Shown piece after piece: positions 57,375-64,000 of a DNA stretch of 64,000 nucleotides. The position numbers and the translations under genes are program-made. This DNA is from the human T2T-CHM13v2.0 reference genome, Homo sapiens. Positions within the stretch are counted from its first letter, which is position 1, and the number at the start of each line of letters is the position of its first letter. The stretch lies in assembly GCF_009914755.1 (NCBI RefSeq), contig NC_060941.1; one strand, given 5' to 3'. The notes under the pieces were generated by a model, which was not told where the DNA came from, made no database searches, and saw only the letters and a list, made by a program, of their open reading frames with translations.

Positions 57375-57481
57375 CTGCAGGGGCCGGGCAGGGTGAGAGG
57401 AACCAAGGATGAGCACCCCCCCCCCCCTTTGCTTGTCACTGCCCATATCCAGGCCTGGGAAGGTCCTGCCAGCCAGCGACA

Positions 57482-57519
57482 CCCACACAGATTACAGACT
57501 CCCACACAGATTACAGACT
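57482..57519. repeat. 19-bp perfect tandem duplication
   Basis: cccacacagattacagact x2. Confidence 0.9.
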
Positions 57520-59899
57520 CCTGGCATGGCCACAAGAGAGTTCCCCAGTCTCTGCTGGCCTTGGCCTCCCTGGGACACCCGGCAGGTAAGGAATGGGCAA
57601 AGGACCCAGGCACCCTGGGAAGCCAGACAAGAGGCCATGTGAGTGGGAGCCATGGGCACGGCTGCTATTTCAGGCTTCCGAAGAACAACACAAATTTGTC
57701 ACCGAGGTGAGCAGCAGAATCGTTGAGCAAATTGGGGCATTAGTTCCAGACATTAATTAAGTGGCAGGTTTGTGAGCGGAGAATTTATTCTTCATGGAGT
57801 TCAGAGGGTGGGGGTGGGGGTGGGGGCGGGAAGCAGGGCCCAGGGAGAAAGCAAAGAGAGCTGGCACCCCAGGATCCCAGCTTTGAGGGGATGCGGACCC
57901 TGACAGAGCTGGACACAGGGAATGTGCCTGATTTAGGGTGATTGAGAAAACTATCCCGAACTCCTCAAAGCCAGCTGGACCCGGATTTGAGACGACCTGC
58001 CCAGTGCCCACAACACACATGTTAAGTCTGATGTGACACACATGTGCCAGGCCTCAGCCCCTCCTTGCAAGGCACATGCTGCCACACAGCCAGCCAGCCT
58101 CCCCCAGGAGCCTCTGAGTGACGGCAGCCACTTCTCTGAAGCTGTAGCTGAGGCTGATATCTGGCTGGGGGTGGGGGAGGATGTCACAGGACAGCTTGAT
58201 GGCTCTCTCCGTGGGGGAGGGGGAGTCAGGATGATTTCAACCGTACTTTAAGAGCCTACTTTTGGCTGAAACCTGGGGATGTCACTCAGGGCCACAGCCC
58301 CTGACATTCTGCCTTAGTCCCTGGGCAAGAAATCTGGTTGTTGTACAGAAGCTGGTACAAGGAGTGAGATAATGAATCCGATCTACATCATTCCATGTTA
58401 TGTGCATTATATACATATATGTATTACATATACATATACTGTCAAGAAATAATCATGTTGCCCAATTATATTTTTTTGTAAAACAAATTGTCTATTTTTA
58501 ACAACAAATCACTCAAAACCATTAACACTGGTTATCTCAGGGTTGACAGTTTTCTTTTTTCACTTTATAGATTTCTCTACAAAACGGTGTGAATAGATTC
58601 CTTTTATAATTTAAAAAAAGACAACAATAAAATATCTCTAAAAAGGAATCATTTATTCTCCTCTTCAGCTCCCTCTCTCCCCAATTCCTGATTTACCCCT
58701 AATTAATCTCCATCTTCATATTAACTCAATTTAATGTTCCAATTGGATTAGCACTCTTAAAGGGAGAGCATCTTCTTCTGATGGGCAGTATGCCCAGCTG
58801 TCCCCAAGGTGGCCTTGAGGGTTTGGGGACCATAATAGATCAGACGTGGGGACATCAGGGAGCTTCCCCTCTCAAGCATAATGCCTTGACCACTGGGTGG
58901 GTGTGGGTCTTGGCAGGAGGAAGGCAGCATAGAAATGGGCCAGGGGCAGTAGGGAGGGGCCGCTTGTGCTTGTGACCGAGAGGCTATGGCTCAGCTCTAG
59001 GCTGACCACCAGTGCCAGCCCACACCCCTCTGTCTCACCTTCATCCCAGCTGAAGGGCGGGGAGCTCTGTGGCAGTGTGGGGAACCAGGTCTGGTCTGGT
59101 GGTCATGGGGTTGCCTGGCAACTAAAAGGTCAGTGGTTGCCAGGCTAGTGCGGATGAGGGCTACAGAATTCAGGCAGCACGAGGCAGCCAGCAACGATGA
59201 AGAGTAGGGGGTGGCCATGGTGCCGGGGGGACACCAGTGAGATGCCAGTAAGGAGGCAGAACAGGGGTCCAAATGAAGGGAGGCAGGGCAGGGATCCTGG
59301 GGGTTGCTGCCTGCCAAGAAGGCAGAAACCCTGGGAGAAGAGATGCCCACGTTCCCTGCTCCACCACTTCCTAGCCCAGTGGGCACCTTTCCATTCTCAC
59401 AGCCTGTACAGAAAACCCTCTCGAGAGGAGGGAAAACCTGCTGGCACTTCTCTCCATGCTTGGGCTGAGACAATAGGGCAGAGGAAAGTGAAACATCCAG
59501 GACTTCCCCACCATAAGGGAGATGGCAGAAGAACAAAACAGTGATTCAAGCAGAGCTCTCCCAAGACAGGAGAGGGACCACCATGGGAGGTAGAGAGCGC
59601 CTATCACCAGAGTGTTCCAGGGAGCAGCTCATGGATCTGAGATTCCCAGAGGTTGTCCATAGACTAGGGAAGAATCACTTGGGAGCTTTTAAAAATACCT
59701 TTCCAGGACCCCATATTCACTGAACCAGAATCTCTGGGGATTGGAGCCTGGGGTTCGAGATTTTTGACAAGTTCCTAAGGCGATTCTGATTTCTAGGTTT
59801 GAGAATCAAGGCAGAGTCTATGATTTAGTAGCTAATGAGGTCAGCTACCATGTAAGGCTCACCAGGAGCCAGGCACTGCCTGGAACATGCATCCTCTCG

Positions 59900-60281
59900 T
59901 GTTTTGTTTTGTTTTGTTTTGTTTCGTTTCCTTCCTTCCTTCCTTCCTTCCTTCCTTCCTTCCTTCCTTCCTTCCTTCTTTCCTTCCTTCCTTCCTTCTT
60001 TCTTTCCTTCTTTCTCTCTCTCTTTCTCTCTTTCTTTCTTCTTTTTTTTCTGAGATAGGGCCTCCCTCTGTCACCCAGGCTGGAGCGCAGAGGTGCAAAC
60101 ATAGCTCACTGCAGCCTCAATCTCCCATACTCAAGTGATCCTCCCACCTCAGCCTCCCTCCTTGGCCAACAAGTTCTCACTACATTGCCCAGGCTGGTTT
60201 CAAACTCCTGGGCTCAAGCATTCCATATGCCTCGGCCTCCGAAAGTGCTGGGATTACAGGCGTGAGCCAGCACATCCGGCC
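59900..60281 (-). mobile_element. Diverged Alu with a compound (GTTTT)n(CCTT)n(CT)n tail
   Basis: Microsatellite at 59900-60050 abutting a minus-strand Alu body. Confidence 0.85.
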
Positions 60282-61287
60282 TTTTTTCCCTATCTTTACA
60301 ACAATTCTATGATGCAGACATTGTCGTTCTACTCTACAGAGGAGAAACCAAGGCTAAGAGGATATGTGGCTTGCCCCAGGTCACCAAGCTAGTTAGCAGC
60401 AGACTGTATGGAATTCACCACTACGCAGCCTGGCTCTTGGGTCCATGCGCTTAACCACTACCCTCAACTGCCTCCTCCAAAGAGGCTATGCTTGACAGTG
60501 TGACTTTGACTCCATGATTCTCTGATTCAAGGACTTCTTGCAGTGCTAGGAAGAATGCATGCAAATAAGACACCTGGGGAGTCTGGGTGGGATGCCTCCC
60601 ACCCGCTGTCATGATGCCTGGGACTTGGGAGGCCAGAGACTCCAGGAGGCAAGCAGGTGCCTGAGGGTGCTCTCCCAGGGGTCAACAGGATACCCTGGGA
60701 GGGGCAGACAGCTGTCTTAGCTCTGGAAAGGCCAGAGCTCAGGAGGAGGCAAGAAGGCACCTATCCCTCAGCTTAGCCCTCCACTTAGACAACAGGCTTG
60801 AGGGTGTAGGACCATGAGTCTCCTGCCTAGCACGGACCAGCCCCCATGGTGGACAGTAAGAAAAGGAAGGGGGACCCATCACAGTCACAGGGCCTCCCTG
60901 GGAGGTGAGATATGAATTCAAAGAAGAGGGCCCACAACAAGGGTCTAAGTCCCTAACTCAGAGGCAGCAGTCTCTCCAGGCTGGGGAAAATGTATGTCAT
61001 TTCAAAATGCCCCTCAGGGGCTGGGGATGCCTGGGGACTGAGCATCTCTAGCCCAGATCCCCAGCAGGGGTGGCCCAAACTCCTACTCCATCCACAAGCC
61101 CCTGACAGGCGAACCCAGACTCTCCCAAAGCAGCAGCCACAGCCTGCAGCCCCGAGGCCCACCGCCCATACCAGAAGGTGTCCGTGCAGATGCGCACCCC
61201 GGTGCAAAGCCTGTGCAAGGGAGAGGCAGGGGCAGGGGAGGGAGAGCACATGCAGTTGTCATGGGAGCAGAGGCATCACACACTGAC

Positions 61288-61308
61288 CTTGAAACTCCAG
61301 TAGTTTGG
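61288..61308 (-). CDS. SRCIN1: SRCIN1 microexon PNYWSFK (21 nt; 24 nt QPNYWSFK if the upstream AG of CAGCAG is used, start 61311)
   Basis: Minus strand ctcttctcttatttccatCAGCAG|CCA AAC TAC TGG AGT TTC AAG|GTCAGT. Phase 0/0, and the peptide precedes TRSSRH in SRCIN1 as recalled. Not in the ORF track. Confidence 0.9.
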
Positions 61309-64000
61309 CTGCTGATGGAAATAAGAGAAGAGATGGTTATGAGGGGGCCCAGGAGGGGAAAAGAGGGGCAGGGGCAGGTTAGAGACCCTTGGAACTCAGC
61401 ACTCAGCCCTAGGACAAGGGCCCTCCACCCTCCCAGGAGCAGGAATGAAGTCATGCCTGGTACATCCATTCTCTACTGAGACCTGGAACACCATGGTGTA
61501 CCCAGGATGGCCCTGAGCAGGCGCTACAGCGACTCCTCGCAGAGTTACTGGTGGGAAAAGGCACAGAGGATGGTGATAGAGCGAACCCATGAGGCAGTCA
61601 CAAGAGAGGCAGCGACAAAGCTGAGCTGTGGGGTCAGAGAAATGGCAGGCCAGGGAACAGTGCTTGGAAGAGGTGGCATTTGAGTTGGGTCTGGAAAAAC
61701 GAGCAGCTGGAGACTGGAAGGAGAGGCCTGCTGGGCAGAGGGGAAGTGCCCAGGGGCAGACAAGTGGAGGGGGGTTGAGGCAAGTCACTAGTCCACATTG
61801 GCTGGGGCGCAGCTGGGAAAGTAGCAGATTAGGCTGCAAAGGGTGGGAAGTGGGAGGCTGAGGCCAGATGATGAGTGGTCATAACTGCTGAGAGAAAGTA
61901 TTTAGACTTAACTGGGTGGACAAGCAGAAAGTGTCTGAATGGAGCAGAGTGGGATCAGAACTAGACCCCGGGGCAGAGGTGGATGGGGTGGATCAGGATG
62001 GATGGGGCAGGGGTCGGAGGAGGGGGGCTGGGGCCCAAGGCCAAGAGAGAGAGGCCTATGCAGCATGGTGGATCTAGTTTACAGAGCAGAGTGGCCAGGT
62101 GCCAGGAACCTCACTCACTGGGCAATCAATGGCTGGGGAGCTGGGGGCAGTGAAGGGAGTTGGGGAGACTGGGGACTGTGGCTGGCTGGCTGATTGAGGA
62201 GGGCTCCTCGTATCCCTCTTAGCATCCCTAGAATGGGAAGCCAGAGAGTCCTCCTCATTTGCAGTAACCCAGGGTCACCCTTCCTTCCCTAGAGACCAGA
62301 AGGCCCTTCCAGATGGCTTAGTACAAGGAAAGAGCTGCCCTGGGGCCGGGTTGGTTCTTGGCAAAGCCAAGGCACCCTGCTGACCGGTGCCAGCCTCAGC
62401 AGGGAGACAGAGGCAGCAGATGGCCTGGCCCGGGGGTGCCTGGCACGAGCAGACAAGATCCCCAGGCCTTAGAGCCACTGGCAGAGGAGAGGGACATCGA
62501 AGGCGCCCCTGGGGGAAGAACACCATGCCAGGGTGTCCTGGGCCACCTGAATGCTTTCCTGGCAGGGAGGAGTTGGAAGGGGCTGAGTCGAGGGGCACTC
62601 CGGCTGGAGGCTTTACCTAAGGCAGACCTTTGGGGTGGGGGTGACACTGGGCTGGGGCTGGGACCAAGAGGGTCATTTGCCAAGACCACCCCCTCCTAAG
62701 CCACCATCCCCATCCTTCCCCCAGCATTCACGCTAGAAAACAAACAAACAAACAACAACAACCAAAAAAAACAGTCACATACCAGGCAGTAGAAGAGGAC
62801 AACAAAGTCTGTGTCCCAGCCAATGCTTGGAATCATCTATGGACTGAGGCCACCCCCAGTGGTGCTAGGGGATGCCCACAGGTACTGAGGGTAGGGGAGA
62901 CCAGGGACCAAGTAACAGGCTCCAGCGGCAGCTGACTGTGGCCTGGGGAAGGGGAGGGGTAGCAGAGGGAGTGGACACGTGGGGGCAGGCAGAGGACACC
63001 GGAAGGTTTATGAGGACAATCACGTCTGCAGACCCAGCGGTGATGGACCGCTCTGCAGAGAAGGCCTCAAGTCCCTTACCCACCACTACCATGACACCAG
63101 GCACGGGCGGCGCACACATGGGCCACCCACAGCGCCCCGCAACACACAGGCTCACGCACAGCTGAGCACAGACTCTCAGACACATCCTCTGATAAGGACA
63201 TCTCCACAGACACACCCAGAGCGACACACACACACCCCTACTAAGAGAGGGGCTCCCCAGTCAGAAACAGCCCTGGAAACAAACAGAAACTCAGAGACAG
63301 AGACATTCACACATAGACCGCCCCCACTCATACACAAACGTGTTTGGCTCCCGCCAGACCCCTGCCTCGCTTACACACACTCACAAGCACCATAGCCAGT
63401 CACAGAGGACAAGAGGTGCTGATGGCATTCACACTCACCCTCAAAACACCACAGTCACAGAAACAGAGACACGGGTGCCCACTCACAGTGAGAGACACAC
63501 ACCCCGGCTATTGAAACACACACACACACGGCCTCAGAGCCACCTACGTACAAAGAGAAAGCCCCAGGTCAGGGTGCCACTGTCCCATGCCTATCATGTC
63601 CCAGATATCATAAGTCAGGGAGGTGACCTCTGATGCAAAAGAGATAGAAGATGTTCTGTCCCCCACCCTGCCACCAGTGTCAACACATCAGACTCAGGGT
63701 ACCTTGTTCGGATGACTGAGGCCCACCTCGTGGTCCTGGGAGGGAGATAAAGACAGGGCCTGGCCACAACCACACTGGCTATGGCCTCCACATGGGCCTG
63801 CCCCAGGGTCCCAAGGCTGTGCACATCCATGGGGCAGTCACCTGGAAGGGACGTATCACTAGCAGCAGCCAAGGGAGAGGACTGGGTGGCATCAGTGCCA
63901 TAGGAAAGGCCAGCCAAGCCCCTCAAAGGATAAAGATGGAAGAGGGGCTGCGCTTGTGCCGGTCACTTGGATGCATGAGAGATGTTGAGATCAAAATCTG

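Noticed and set aside
63100-63560. Thr/His-rich ORFs and acacag-like pseudo-repeats
   Set aside because: Degenerate CA-rich low-complexity intronic sequence.

Overview
GC- and Alu-rich human (primate) genomic DNA, recognisable as 17q12, with two convergent genes. On the + strand is the last coding exon and 3'UTR of ARHGAP23 (CDS 2976-4004, AATAAA 5399-5404). On the - strand is most of SRCIN1 (p140Cap/SNIP): 17 phase-consistent coding exons from a 21/24-nt microexon (61288-61308/61311) to the stop at 26358, then a ~3.2-kb 3'UTR ending near 23090. The ~17.6-kb spacer is mostly one old L1 broken up by >25 Alus and a solo ERV1 LTR. No prokaryote-type system is present. The most interesting signals concern SRCIN1 isoforms: (i) three extra phase-0 in-frame cassette candidates (41, 24 and 195 aa), one ending in a heptad motif resembling the paralog KIAA1217; (ii) strong extra 3' splice sites in the last intron that would remove the C-terminal TSIP (SxIP, EB-binding) motif, one opening directly on TAA; (iii) a 596-nt intron covered by two open frames that meet at an AUGA stop-start overlap; (iv) RBFOX motifs next to the microexon and clustered in the 3'UTR. 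Gene identities, repeat families and paralog comparisons come from recall, not from database searches, and repeat boundaries are approximate.
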